In this document: positions 10,377 through 20,811 of the stretch, in pieces
How the letters are laid out: every line of letters starts with the position of its first letter
Position numbering within the stretch: position 1 is the stretch's first letter
Assembly (NCBI GenBank): GCA_040005235.1
Contig: JBDTZG010000002.1
Location: forward strand, 96,001-160,000
Length of the DNA: 64,000 nucleotides
Reading direction: 5' to 3'
Source of the DNA: Acidobacteriota bacterium
Lineage (GTDB): Bacteria > Acidobacteriota > Thermoanaerobaculia > Multivoradales > UBA5704
Translations under genes and position numbers: made by a program
The notes under the pieces: model-generated
Seen by the model: only the letters and a program-made list of their open reading frames with translations
What the model was told of the DNA's origin: nothing
Database searches by the model: none

Positions 10377-10773
10377 TTCCTGGGCGATCCTGGCGTTCCT
10401 GCGAGCCGAGGAGCCGGGTGCCTCGGTGATGCGCCGCTACTTGCGGCGCGCCCAGTCCGGCAATCTCCGCCTATTGCTGAACGTGGTGAACCTCGGCGAG
10501 GTCTTCTATCGCCTGCTGCAGCTCACCGGTGAGGCCCAGGCCGAGGAACGCCTTGGGCAAGTGAAGGCGTTACCGATCGAGATCGTACCGGTTCGCGAAT
10601 CGCTGGTCCTTGAAGCGGCTCGAATCAAAGCGCGACATCCTCTGTCCTATGCGGATGCCTTTGCCGTCGCAACCGGTCGGGTGGAGAAGGCGCCAGTGAT
10701 CACGGGTGACCCGGAAATTCTGGCCCTGCCTTCCACGGTGGTTCGCGTTCGGAGGCTGGACCGCGAAGCGTGA
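10348..10773 (+). CDS. vapC: VapC PIN-domain toxin
   Basis: VVDSWAIL, NLGEV, LSYADAFAVA, ITGDPE; acidic PIN residues intact. Confidence 0.85.
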   Translation: MSSGNVAVVDSWAILAFLRAEEPGASVMRRYLRRAQSGNLRLLLNVVNLGEVFYRLLQLTGEAQAEERLGQVKALPIEIVPVRESLVLEAARIKARHPLSYADAFAVATGRVEKAPVITGDPEILALPSTVVRVRRLDREA

Positions 10774-10876
10774 GCTTCAGATCCGGCTCGTCTGAAAGCC
10801 CGCCTGGGGCCGACGGCCGCCCCTCGGGAGTCCCCTTTTTTCAGGCCGTGCGCACAACCGGTGCAGGGGGTTTCTC

Positions 10877-11584
10877 TTGCCTACCGATCAACGCACGGCA
10901 TCCTGGTTGACTCTCGGTCTGTTCGTGGTTCAAACGGCGCTGCTCGGGCTGGTCGTGCTTCGGTTGCGCGGTGTCGAGCGCGAGCTTGCCGGTCTGCGTC
11001 AAAGCCTGGCCGCGGGCGCATTACGGGCAGGTTCGGCACCGATCGCAATCGAGCCGGGGGACGGACCTTCCAAGGGACCGGCCGACGCACCGGTGACGAT
11101 CGTCGAGTTCTCGGATTTCACCTGCCATTCCTGCTCGCAGCTTCAGCCGGCCCTCAAGGACGCGCTCGCCGCCCGTCCCGCCCAGGCGCGGCTGGTCTTT
11201 CGCTACTTCCCGCTCGCTCCGGAGGGCAAGCCGTTCGACCTGGCGCGCGCCGCGGAGTGCGCCAGGGCACAGGAAAAGTTCTGGCCGGCGCACGACCTGT
11301 TGTTCTCCGAAGCGACCGAGCTGACCAACCTCGCGGCGGCCGTCGACCGGCTCGCGACGCTCGGACTCGATCGCGCCGTGCTCGAAACCTGCCTTGCCGG
11401 CCCCGAGAGCGGCGAGCGGGTACGGCGGGAGGCGGAAGTCGGGCGCGGCTATGGCGTCGATGCAACGCCTACCCTGTTCTTCAACGGCCATCGGCTCGAA
11501 GGCGCCGTGTCCGCGGAGGAGCTGATCCACGCGATCGATCAGGCGGTACCCGCGCCGGCAGGGGCCAAGCCAGCCGGCTCGTGA
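10877..11584 (+). CDS. Membrane-anchored DsbA/thioredoxin-fold protein
   Basis: N-terminal TM helix; GPADAPVTIVEFSDFTCHSC; GVDATPTLFFNG. Confidence 0.85.
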   Translation: MPTDQRTASWLTLGLFVVQTALLGLVVLRLRGVERELAGLRQSLAAGALRAGSAPIAIEPGDGPSKGPADAPVTIVEFSDFTCHSCSQLQPALKDALAARPAQARLVFRYFPLAPEGKPFDLARAAECARAQEKFWPAHDLLFSEATELTNLAAAVDRLATLGLDRAVLETCLAGPESGERVRREAEVGRGYGVDATPTLFFNGHRLEGAVSAEELIHAIDQAVPAPAGAKPAGS

Positions 11585-11674
11585 ATTATGGCCGCATCGC
11601 TTTTCAACCAGGCGCTCCGCGATCGGCCGCCGGTCGATCGAATCGAAGGTCAACTGTTCGAGAAAGGAAGCCCG

Positions 11675-11932
11675 ATGTCCATTCCGTCGTCGAAGTCTCA
11701 CGTCGTCCTCTTGTCCGCCCTGGTCCTCTCCGTCCTATTCCTGATCGGCCTGGCGATCGCACCCGAGCCGGCGTATGCCGCCTGCACGGATGGCGACCAG
11801 CGCTGGGTGACCACCGGCACCTGCTGCTACCTCGGCTCCGGCGTGTACCAAAAACTCAAGCTGCAGTGGTGCGACCGCGGAGTTTGGACCAGCACGTCCA
11901 CCTTCAAGTGCTCGGGCGGCTGCATTTCCTGA
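11675..11932 (+). CDS. Small secreted peptide with 6 Cys
   Basis: AAAGGA RBS; signal peptide ending AYA; mature ACTDGDQRWVTTGTCC...WC...KCSGGCIS. Confidence 0.7.
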   Translation: MSIPSSKSHVVLLSALVLSVLFLIGLAIAPEPAYAACTDGDQRWVTTGTCCYLGSGVYQKLKLQWCDRGVWTSTSTFKCSGGCIS

Positions 11933-12110
11933 GCCCCCGTCTCCGGCCGGGGAGCGCGTGCGCTGCGGTTCCCCGGCCCCCCTTGGGTGCCCCTCACCCA
12001 CGCCGAAGAGATCACCGAAGTCGCCGACCGCGTCCGTCTATTCCATAAGATCGTCCATGCCTTTGCGCGATTGCCCCAAGTCGGCGCACGATGGCGAATG
12101 GGAGGTTTCT

Positions 12111-14038
12111 ATGGAGAATGAGCAATTCCAGGCAGTTGCCGCAGGCGAAGCGGGTCCGAAGTCCACGCGGCGACAGTCCTTCCCCGCGACGATTTCTGCC
12201 GAAGATCGCGACGCGCTCTATTCGGTCGCCCGCATCCTCCCCAGCGACGTCAAACTCCAGACGCGACTGCTCCTACCCTTCACCACCTACATGCAGGACC
12301 CGGCGGTGGCGAAGGAGATCCCGGCTCTCGGGTTCAACGAAAAGTTGGAGGTAGCCTGGGAACCGGGACTTACCGACGGACCGACCAGCGCCCGCTTCGC
12401 CGTCGTCGATTACGACGCCGACACCGGCAAGCTGACGCCGCCCGCGGAATGGGACTTGGAGCTTCAAAAGTTCGTCATCGACTGCAAGGTGATCGAACAG
12501 AGCACGGCGGCTCTCCCGCAATTTCATCAGGTCAGCGTCTGGGCCACGTTGCAGCGGGCTTTGGCTTACTTCGAAGAGGGGGCGGCCCTCGGCCGGCGCA
12601 TCCCTTGGGCTTTCGAAGGGAACCGGCTGATCGTCGTGCCGCGCGCCGGGTTCGGTGAAAACGCCTTCTACGATCGCGAGACGAAGTCGCTGCAGTTCTA
12701 TTACTACATGGGATCTGACGACACGCTCGCTTACACCTGCCTGTCCACCGACATCGTCAATCACGAATTCGGCCACTGTACAACGAGAGCATCCTGGCCG
12801 AGACCGGGGCGTTCCACGAGTTCATGGGCGATCTGACCGCCATCCTGCTCACTCTGCGAAACAACAAATTGCGCCAGTACTTGGCCGAAGAAGCCAAGGG
12901 AGACCTGGCCAAGGCCGACACCGCCACCTCGATCGCCGAGGAGTTCGGCGAGAGCGTCGAGGGGCGGCCCTACCTGCGGACCGCGAAAAACAACCTCAAG
13001 ATGTCCGACGTGCGGGGAACGACGGAGGTACATCGTCTTTCCACGGTTCTCACCGGAGCGATGTTCGATGTCTTGAAAGAGCTCGCGGCGAACTATCAAC
13101 GTCAGCCCGAGGAGCTCGGTGCCGACGAGGAGGCTTCTACTTCCGAGCGCAAGCCGAGAACCCCCAAGCAGGCTTTCTGGGACGCGATCGATCGCATGCA
13201 GCGCACGGCCATCCAACCGCTCGATCTCCTCCCTCCCGTGGACGTGACGTTCCGGGATTACGCGCTCGCCGTCTGCCGGTCGCAGCAGCTGTCCGATCCG
13301 CTCGACCCCCAGGGCTACCACGCGATGCTGATCGAGGTCTTTCGCCAGCGAGAGATCTTCACGGCCGAGGACGTAAAGCTTCTGAACCAGCCGCAGTATC
13401 TCTATGATCGTCTTCGGCTGAGCATCGATCACGACATCAGCGAGATCTCGCGGTCGCGCGCCGCCGCGTATCGCTTCTTGGATGACAACCGCGAAGAGCT
13501 GCTGATCCCCACCGGTCAGGATTTCTTCGTCGCCGATCTCTACGACGCCAACAAAGAGGCCCGACAGGCGACCCGGTTGCCTCGGCAAATCATCCTCGAA
13601 TACGTCTGGCGCGAGGACGTCCTGCTTGAAGGCAGTCGGTTCGGCGAATTCGACGGACGCTCGACCAGCCTGCTCTGCGGCGGAACTCTGGTGTTCGACG
13701 ACAACGGCAACGTTCTCGCCTGGGCGATGAAGCCCGGCTCCCTGCCTTACGGGGGCAAGCGGGTCCGAACCGGCGAAGTTTTCCAAAGATGGGAGTCGGA
13801 GAAGGACAAAGGAAGAGCGCGCAGGAACGAGTTGCTCGACCATCTGGCCGCCCAGATCGCGGCCGGCCGGGTCGGGCCGATGGCCGGCTCCGGCAAGGGG
13901 CTTCTGGGTGCCGCGGTGCCCCCGTTGATCGCGGAAGAGGAGGGCGACCAGGTCCGGTTTCGCCTGTCGCCCCACCTGCACCTCACTCACGACGACGAAG
14001 ACGATCGAGGAGGCCAGCGATGGAAAATCATCTCCTGA
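12111..14038 (+). pseudogene. Gluzincin (M4/M36-like) metallopeptidase, frameshifted right after HEFGH
   Basis: ENAFYDR...SLQFYY...DIVNHEFGH in one frame; LYNESILAETGAFHEFMGDL continues in another frame at about 12777. Confidence 0.75.
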
Positions 14039-15408
14039 TCCGTGCCTACCGCGTCGGCTGCGGAGACTGCATCTACGTCCGCATTCCGGAGGGAGACGAC
14101 GGATTCCACATCCTCATCGATTGCGGCAAGAAGGGGGACGACGACCTTCTCGAGCAGGCGATCAAACATCTCGAGACCCAGCTGCCCAAGGGCGACGCGG
14201 GCAAGAGGCGGCTGGATCTGATCGTCGCCACGCACCGGCACGAGGATCACATCAAAGGGTTTGACGAGAGGTGGTTCAAGAACATCCAGGTCAAAAACGT
14301 CTGGCTCAGCGCGGTGATGGATCCCAAGCATCCGCAAGCGGAGAAGGCGCAGAAGCTTCACGCTTTCGCCGACGCGGAGATGCGCCGCCTCGCCTTGAGC
14401 GGCAGAGCTTTGAGTCCGCAGGTCCAAATCCTCGTTTCCGCCTACGGCGTGAACAACGACGCGGCCGACGACTTCCTGATGAAGACCTTGGCGGAGGCGA
14501 ACCACATCACGCCGCAGTTCGTCCACGCGGGACAGACGTCTAAGCAGCTCGGCCTTGATCTTGAGGACGCTACGATCCACGTTCTAGCTCCCGAAGAGGA
14601 CATCGACGGCTTCTATCTCGGCAGCGACTTCGATCCGACCCTCAAAGGCGTTCAAGATGGCGGTCTTAGAGGAGAGCCTCGGACGGAGCCCGTGGAAACC
14701 CCCGTTCCGAAAAACATCGGCGCGGGCGACTTTCGCCGGCTGCAATCCGGCATGCTGTCCAACAGCCTCGCCTTCGCCGCCAAGGACACCACGATCCAGA
14801 ACAACATGAGCGTCGTGCTCCTGATCGAATGGAAAGGGAGAAGGCTCTTGTTCGTCGGCGACGCCGAGTGGGATCGCGAATTCAAGGAGGGCAAAGACAA
14901 CGGCAGCTGGAACGTGATGTGGGAGAGGCGGCGGGAACACCTCTTGGAACCCCTCGACTTCCTGAAGATCGGTCACCACGGCAGCGTCAACGCCACGCCG
15001 CCGGTCGCCGAGCATCAGCCGAAACCTAAGAACGGTGCCGTGGATCCGGGTGAGAAGAGCATCTATCGGCTGCTCGATTCCATTTTGCCTCCACCCAAGG
15101 GCAACGAGAAACCGACGGCGCAGGCGATCGTCTCTACCGAGCGGGAGTTCTACCCAACGATCCCCGATTGCTCTGTACTGGCGGACCTCGCCCGCCGGGT
15201 GAGCAACACGAGAGACTACGGCGCGGCATTCGGAAAGAAGAAGATCGACCCCCAGGGCATCTGGGTCTCGGAGAAGGCGAAAAGGCTCAAGTTTTTCGAG
15301 ACCTATGAGGCGGGGTTCTTGAACCATCGCCAACCGCTCCGGACCGATTTGGAGTTCGCGCTCGGGGAGGAATTCTTCGTCGACGTCGAGATACCGCCGG
15401 GAAAATAA
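14020..15408 (+). CDS. ComEC/Rec2-like metallo-beta-lactamase-fold hydrolase
   Basis: VGCGDC, LIDCG, THRHEDHIKG, LFVGDAE, KIGHHGS. Confidence 0.8.
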   Translation: MENHLLIRAYRVGCGDCIYVRIPEGDDGFHILIDCGKKGDDDLLEQAIKHLETQLPKGDAGKRRLDLIVATHRHEDHIKGFDERWFKNIQVKNVWLSAVMDPKHPQAEKAQKLHAFADAEMRRLALSGRALSPQVQILVSAYGVNNDAADDFLMKTLAEANHITPQFVHAGQTSKQLGLDLEDATIHVLAPEEDIDGFYLGSDFDPTLKGVQDGGLRGEPRTEPVETPVPKNIGAGDFRRLQSGMLSNSLAFAAKDTTIQNNMSVVLLIEWKGRRLLFVGDAEWDREFKEGKDNGSWNVMWERRREHLLEPLDFLKIGHHGSVNATPPVAEHQPKPKNGAVDPGEKSIYRLLDSILPPPKGNEKPTAQAIVSTEREFYPTIPDCSVLADLARRVSNTRDYGAAFGKKKIDPQGIWVSEKAKRLKFFETYEAGFLNHRQPLRTDLEFALGEEFFVDVEIPPGK

Positions 15409-15475
15409 CGGCGTACGGTTTTTTCGTGGGATCTCGTCGTCCCTCCCCGGACCTCGGCCGTGGCAGAATCGCTCC

Positions 15476-17233
15476 GTGCTGCGCTTCTGCCTCCGGCTGG
15501 TCAAACCTTATTGGAAGCAGCTGACCCTCGTGGGGGTGGCGCTGCTGGTTCAGACGGCGGCGCGGCTCGCGGCGCCCTGGCCGCTCAAGATCGTGCTCGA
15601 TTCGGTGCTCGGATCGCGCGCCCTGCCCAAGGCGCTGGCTGCGCTCCTTCCCGCCGGTTCCGATCGACTGACGATTCTCACCGCGGCGGTCCTCGCTACC
15701 CTCGTGTTCGCAGTCCTCGAAGCGGCGAGCAGCTATCTCAACGCCGTTTCGACCGCGACCCTCGGTCAATGGGTCGCCCACGATCTCCGCCAGCGGGTGT
15801 ACGCCCATCTGCAACGGCTGTCGATGTCCTACTACGACCGGCAGCAGGTGGGGCCGCTGATCAGCACGATCACCGACGACATCAAGGCCGTTCAGGATTT
15901 CGCCTCGTCGTCGCTGCTCACGATCGTCGTCGACGTGCTCACCATCCTCGGCGTCCTGGGGGTGATGTTCTCGCTCAACTGGAACTTCACCCTGGTGGCC
16001 CTTTCGGTCACGCCGCTGGTGGCCCTGTTCGCTTACCGGCTGCGCTACGTCGTCCGCTCCGCCACCCGCGAGGTGCGGCGCCGCCAGAGCGAGATCGTGG
16101 CGATCGTCCAAGAGGGCCTGACCGCCATGCGCGTCGTCAAGGCTTTCGCGCAGGGCCGCTTCGAGTCGCAAAGGCTCGATGCGAAGAGCCTGGAGACCCT
16201 GGAGGCATCGCTCCGCGCGCGAAAGGTCCGGGCGCTCCTGCCGCCGGTCCTCACGCTGGTCGTGGCGATCGGCACCGGCGGCGTGCTCTGGTTCGGCGCC
16301 CGGCTGGTGCTTGAGGGTGCGATGACCGCGGGCGCGCTGGTGGTTTTTCTTGCCTACCTCGCGCGGCTGTTTGCGCCGATCCAGGACCTGGCCAAGGCGA
16401 GCACCGACGTCGCCCAGGCCGCCGTGGGTCTCGAACGGGTGCGGGAAATCCTCGACACCGACGAGCGGCTCGTCCGGTCGCCGAACGCCCGGCCGCTGGA
16501 GCACGTCGACGGCCGGGTCGAATTCAAAAACGTCACGTTCGCCTATCAACCGGGCCGGCCGGTGCTCCACGACGTCTCGTTCGCCGTCGAGCCGGGGCAA
16601 CTCGTCGGTCTCGTGGGGCCGAGCGGCAGCGGCAAGTCCACCCTCGTCAGCCTGATTCCGCGCTTCTACGATCCGACTTCCGGGGAGGTCGCGATCGACG
16701 GCACCGACGTGCGGGAATTCACCATCCGCTCGCTGCGGCGCAAGATCGGCTTCGTCCTCCAGGACACGCAGCTCTTCTACTCTTCGATTTGGCAGAACAT
16801 CGCCTACGGCCGCCCCGACGCGACGAAGGAAGAGATCGAAAACGCCGCGCGGCTCGCCCATGCGGACAAGTTCATCGAGGCCCTACCCGAGGGATATGAC
16901 ACGGTCGTTGGTCAAGGGGGGCTGGCGCTCTCCGGCGGCCAGCGCCAGCGCATCGGCATCGCCCGCGCCGTAATCCGCGACGCCCCGATCATGATCCTCG
17001 ACGAGCACAGCTCGGGGCTCGACGCCGAGTCGGAAAAGTTGGTGTTTGAGGCGCTCAACCGGCTGCGGGTCGGCCGCACCACGTTCGTCATCGCCCACCG
17101 GCTCGCGACGGTCAAAAGCTCCGATCTGATCCTAGTCCTCGACGCCGGCCGGATCGTCGAACGCGGCACCCACGACGAGCTGGTCGCCCTGGGCGGTTTG
17201 TACTCGGTGCTTCAGCGCGACCAGTTGGTGTAG
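15476..17233 (+). CDS. ABC exporter, fused permease and ATPase
   Basis: TM domain; GPSGSGKS; LSGGQRQR; ILDE. Confidence 0.9.
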   Translation: MLRFCLRLVKPYWKQLTLVGVALLVQTAARLAAPWPLKIVLDSVLGSRALPKALAALLPAGSDRLTILTAAVLATLVFAVLEAASSYLNAVSTATLGQWVAHDLRQRVYAHLQRLSMSYYDRQQVGPLISTITDDIKAVQDFASSSLLTIVVDVLTILGVLGVMFSLNWNFTLVALSVTPLVALFAYRLRYVVRSATREVRRRQSEIVAIVQEGLTAMRVVKAFAQGRFESQRLDAKSLETLEASLRARKVRALLPPVLTLVVAIGTGGVLWFGARLVLEGAMTAGALVVFLAYLARLFAPIQDLAKASTDVAQAAVGLERVREILDTDERLVRSPNARPLEHVDGRVEFKNVTFAYQPGRPVLHDVSFAVEPGQLVGLVGPSGSGKSTLVSLIPRFYDPTSGEVAIDGTDVREFTIRSLRRKIGFVLQDTQLFYSSIWQNIAYGRPDATKEEIENAARLAHADKFIEALPEGYDTVVGQGGLALSGGQRQRIGIARAVIRDAPIMILDEHSSGLDAESEKLVFEALNRLRVGRTTFVIAHRLATVKSSDLILVLDAGRIVERGTHDELVALGGLYSVLQRDQLV

Positions 17234-17271
17234 GCGACCCCAATGAATCCTGGCGGCGCTGGGTAGACCTT

Positions 17272-18144
17272 TCAAGCGCTCTTTTTTCGTGATTGTGAGG
17301 CACGGTGCCGCGTCGGCGTGGCTTTGGCTTTTGGCTTGGCCGTCGCGCGGCTTTTGGTTTTTCCGCCGGGCGCCAGGCTTTGCTTGAGGAGCGCCATCAG
17401 ATCCACGACTTCCGCCATCGGCTCTTCGGGCGCGGTCTCGACTTCTTCCTGCTCGCCCTTCTTGCCGCTCTTCGCCTTCTTCTTGATCAGCGCCAGCAGA
17501 TCGTCCCGATACTCGTCCTTGTACTCTTTCGGATTCCAGGTCTCGTCCATCCCTTCGATCAATCGCTCCGCGAGCTGGATCTCTTTGGCGTTCACTGCTC
17601 CGCGTTGGGGGAATTCGTACGCCGCCGGATCGCGCAGCTCATGGGCGAAGCGCAAGAGGTTGACGACGATCGCCTCCTCCACGGGGTAGATGGCGGCGAG
17701 GTACTGGCGCGTGCGAACCACCAGCCGGGCGAGGCCGATCCGTTCGGAGCGAAGAAGCGCCTCGCGCAGGAGGGTATAGGCCTTGACGCCCGCCTTCTGC
17801 GGCACGATGAAGTAGGGCTTGTCGAAATAGATCGGCGGAATGTCGCCCGCCCCGACGAAACCGAAGATCTCGACCGTCTGAGAAGCTTTCGGATTGGCAC
17901 GAGCGAAATCTTTTTCGTCCAACACCACGAACTTGCCTTTGCTGATCTCGTAGCCGCGGACGAGATCCTTCTCGCCGATCGGTTGACCGGTCTTCTTGTT
18001 GACCTTCTTATAGCCGACGCGCGAGAGGTTGCGTCGATCGAGCAGCGTCAGATCGAATTCGTCGGGGCTCTCCGCCGGATAGAGGCCCACCGGAATGTTG
18101 ACGAGACCGAAGCTCAGGCTGCCGTTCCAGATCGAATGGGGCAT
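17272..18144 (-). CDS. ku: NHEJ protein Ku
   Basis: MPHSIWNGSLSFGLVNIPV; YFDKPY; VVDLMALLKQSL; basic tail. Confidence 0.95.
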   Translation of the reverse strand: MPHSIWNGSLSFGLVNIPVGLYPAESPDEFDLTLLDRRNLSRVGYKKVNKKTGQPIGEKDLVRGYEISKGKFVVLDEKDFARANPKASQTVEIFGFVGAGDIPPIYFDKPYFIVPQKAGVKAYTLLREALLRSERIGLARLVVRTRQYLAAIYPVEEAIVVNLLRFAHELRDPAAYEFPQRGAVNAKEIQLAERLIEGMDETWNPKEYKDEYRDDLLALIKKKAKSGKKGEQEEVETAPEEPMAEVVDLMALLKQSLAPGGKTKSRATAKPKAKATPTRHRASQSRKKSA

Positions 18145-18388
18145 GGCGGACCTCCGCGGACTATGGGACTTCCTCAGTGCTTCGGCTTGGCCGAAGAAAT
18201 TTTCTTCGAACCCCGAAACAGCAAGGCATGTGCCCGGCGGACGGCACTTCGCTTGCTTGCCTTTCCTCTGTTCCCGGCACTTTCGCCGGGCAACGCTCTC
18301 GATCGGAGGAAACGATGGAATCGACTGCAACGAAAAACCCCTTCGTCTACGAGCTCAAAAAACCAGGAGTTGCCGGGAGGGTCCTCCC

Positions 18389-18952
18389 ATGAAGCGCAAA
18401 TTCCTTTGGACCGCCCTCTCCTTCGCCGGAATCGTTGCCGTCGGAGGTGTCTTGGCAGGGCAGGATCAGCCCGGCGCCGTGGGCCAACGGACGCCCACCG
18501 ATCCGGAGACTTCGCGCATCGTCCGCGGTTTTCTGATCGCTCCGGTGCCCCTCAACCTGCGCGGCAAGAACCGGGCGCTGGTGGGCCTTGGCAGCTACAT
18601 CGTGAACGCCCAGGCTGGCTGCAACGATTGCCATACCGTTCCCCCTTACGCCGCCGGTCACGATCCGTACCAGGGTGAACCGAAGCAGATCAACGCGGAG
18701 CGGTACCTGGCGGGCGGCCGAGACTTTGGCATTGCCGTCTCGGACAACATCACTCCCGACGAGAACGGCAAACCGGCGGGACTGACCTACCAGGAGTTCC
18801 GTACCCTGATCCGCACCGGCCATGATCCCGACGAACCGGACGACATTCTCCAGGTGATGCCCTGGCCGATCTTCCGCGAGATGAAGGACCACGACCTCGA
18901 AGCGATCTACGAGTACCTTCGCTCGATTCCCCACATCGCCACAGAGGAATGA
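18389..18952 (+). CDS. Exported c-type cytochrome
   Basis: Signal peptide; GCNDCHT; NITPD; MPW distal Met candidate. Confidence 0.85.
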   Translation: MKRKFLWTALSFAGIVAVGGVLAGQDQPGAVGQRTPTDPETSRIVRGFLIAPVPLNLRGKNRALVGLGSYIVNAQAGCNDCHTVPPYAAGHDPYQGEPKQINAERYLAGGRDFGIAVSDNITPDENGKPAGLTYQEFRTLIRTGHDPDEPDDILQVMPWPIFREMKDHDLEAIYEYLRSIPHIATEE

Positions 18953-18961
18953 AAACCGCAA

Positions 18962-18998
18962 CCTCGACGCCCTCGAGTTCGGCCCGAGGGCGTCGAGG
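18962..18998. terminator. 14-bp perfect hairpin after cytochrome gene
   Basis: CCTCGACGCCCTCG-N9-CGAGGGCGTCGAGG; no U-tract. Confidence 0.5.
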
Positions 18999-19153
18999 GT
19001 CCGCCGCACGAACAGCTTCGATTCGTCCCAGGGGGTCGTCGAGCGGCGCGCAGCATTTTCCGGCGACCGCAAGAGATTCCCGGCGTTTCTTCCGGCGCGC
19101 TACGGAATCCTCAAGGGCACTGCGGCGATTCGCTGCTACAATCACCGCACATT

Positions 19154-20302
19154 ATGCGGCGAAAGGGTCCGTACATCCACGATCAATCGGACTGGCCCCA
19201 ATTCCGCTGGGACTCCGAAAGGATTGCCAAGCTTCTCGCCTCCGTGCGCCATCAACAGGGTCGCCTGATCGGCCACATGGAAGCGCTCGGGCTCCAGCTT
19301 CGGCAGGAAGCCGTTCTCCAAACCTTGACGGAAGACGTCGTCAAGAGCAGCGAGATCGAGGGCGAGCTGCTAGATGTCGAGCAGGTGCGCTCGTCGGTTG
19401 CGCGCCGCCTCGGCATGGATGTCGGAGGCCTGAAGGCACCCGATCGCGATGTCGAAGGCGTCGTCGAGATGATGTTGGACGCCACCCGGTATTTTGACCA
19501 GCCGCTCACCGCCGAGAGGCTTTTTGCCTGGCACGCGTCCTTGTTTCCCACCGGCCGCAGCGGAATGCGCAAGATCCGGGCGGGCGCTTGGCGCGAAGAC
19601 GTCACCGGTCCGATGCAGGTCGTCTCCGGCCCCATCGGGCGCGAACGGGTTCATTTCGAAGCCATTGCCGGCGAAAGGCTCGACCGGGAAATGCGCGCGT
19701 TTCTCGATTGGATCAACGACGCCGGCCATGACGCCCAACTAGACCTGGTGCTCAAGGCCGGGCTCGCCCATCTTTGGTTCGTGACGATCCATCCGTTCGA
19801 CGACGGCAACGGCCGCATCGCCCGCGCAATCGCGGACCTCGTGCTGGCGCGGTCCGAGGGAAGCCCCCGGCGCTACTACAGCATGTCGGCGCAAATTCGC
19901 CGGGAGCGCAAGGCGTATTACGACATCCTAGAACAGACGCAGAAAGGCGCCCTGGACGTCACGCCCTGGCTCGACTGGTTTCTCGCCTGCCTCGGCCGCG
20001 CGATCGACGGCGCCCAAACAACTCTGGCTCTGGTCCTCGCGAAAGCTCGATTCTGGCAAGCGATTCCAAACACCGAGATCAATGCCCGCCAGCGTCTCGT
20101 TCTCAATCGCCTACTGGACGGTTTCGAGGGTGCGCTCACGACCTCGAAGTGGGCAAAGATCGCCAAGTGCTCGCCGGACACGGCCCTGCGGGACATTCTC
20201 GATCTCGTCGAACGAGGGGTTCTCGTCCGCGGCCAAGAAGGCGGGCGTAGCACGAGCTACAGCCGCGCCGACGCGAGGCGAGATGACTCACCTGGAAACT
20301 AA
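19154..20302 (+). CDS. Fic-family protein (DUF4172 N-terminus, C-terminal HTH)
   Basis: HPFDDGNGRIAR; SSEIEGE. Confidence 0.9.
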   Translation: MRRKGPYIHDQSDWPQFRWDSERIAKLLASVRHQQGRLIGHMEALGLQLRQEAVLQTLTEDVVKSSEIEGELLDVEQVRSSVARRLGMDVGGLKAPDRDVEGVVEMMLDATRYFDQPLTAERLFAWHASLFPTGRSGMRKIRAGAWREDVTGPMQVVSGPIGRERVHFEAIAGERLDREMRAFLDWINDAGHDAQLDLVLKAGLAHLWFVTIHPFDDGNGRIARAIADLVLARSEGSPRRYYSMSAQIRRERKAYYDILEQTQKGALDVTPWLDWFLACLGRAIDGAQTTLALVLAKARFWQAIPNTEINARQRLVLNRLLDGFEGALTTSKWAKIAKCSPDTALRDILDLVERGVLVRGQEGGRSTSYSRADARRDDSPGN

Positions 20303-20382
20303 TCGGAGAAACAGGCGCACCCTTTCAACCGGTTGTCAGGCCCCAGGATAGGATCTCCACCGAACTTCCCTCGGAGGCCACC

Positions 20383-20736
20383 ATGCCGGAAGCCGCACCC
20401 ACCGTCGAGCAGCATTTCGCAGGCAAGGACCCCGCGGTTCGCGAGATCTACGATCGTCTCTTGTCCGAGGTTGGAAAGCTCGGCGAGCTCACCGAGGATC
20501 CCAAGAAGACCTCGATTCATCTGAATCGCCGGACGGCGTTTGCGGGCATCGCTACCCGCAAGAGCTCGCTGGTCTTGACGCTTAAGTCGGCCCAAGACCT
20601 TCGCAGCCCGCGGGTGAAAAAGCACGAGCAGACGTCGGCGAGTCGGTGGCACCTGGAGGTGCCACTCACCTTCCCTGCGGATGTCGACGCCGAATTGGTC
20701 TCGTGGCTCAAGGCGGCGTACGAGATCTCGGGGTAG
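20383..20736 (+). CDS. DUF5655-like protein
   Basis: DPKKTSIHL, DVDAELVSWLKAAY; GGAGG RBS. Confidence 0.7.
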   Translation: MPEAAPTVEQHFAGKDPAVREIYDRLLSEVGKLGELTEDPKKTSIHLNRRTAFAGIATRKSSLVLTLKSAQDLRSPRVKKHEQTSASRWHLEVPLTFPADVDAELVSWLKAAYEISG

Positions 20737-20811
20737 CTAGCGGCGGGATCAAACGTTCCGAAGGATAATGGGTGGCATGGGGCTACGTTTCGAAGGATAA
20801 TGTAGCCCAGC

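Noticed and set aside
15287-16861. Long antisense and alternate-frame ORFs (also 6672-7613, 28295-29977, 34749-36380, 51193-52983)
   Set aside because: Shadow ORFs of well-supported genes, expected in high-GC DNA.
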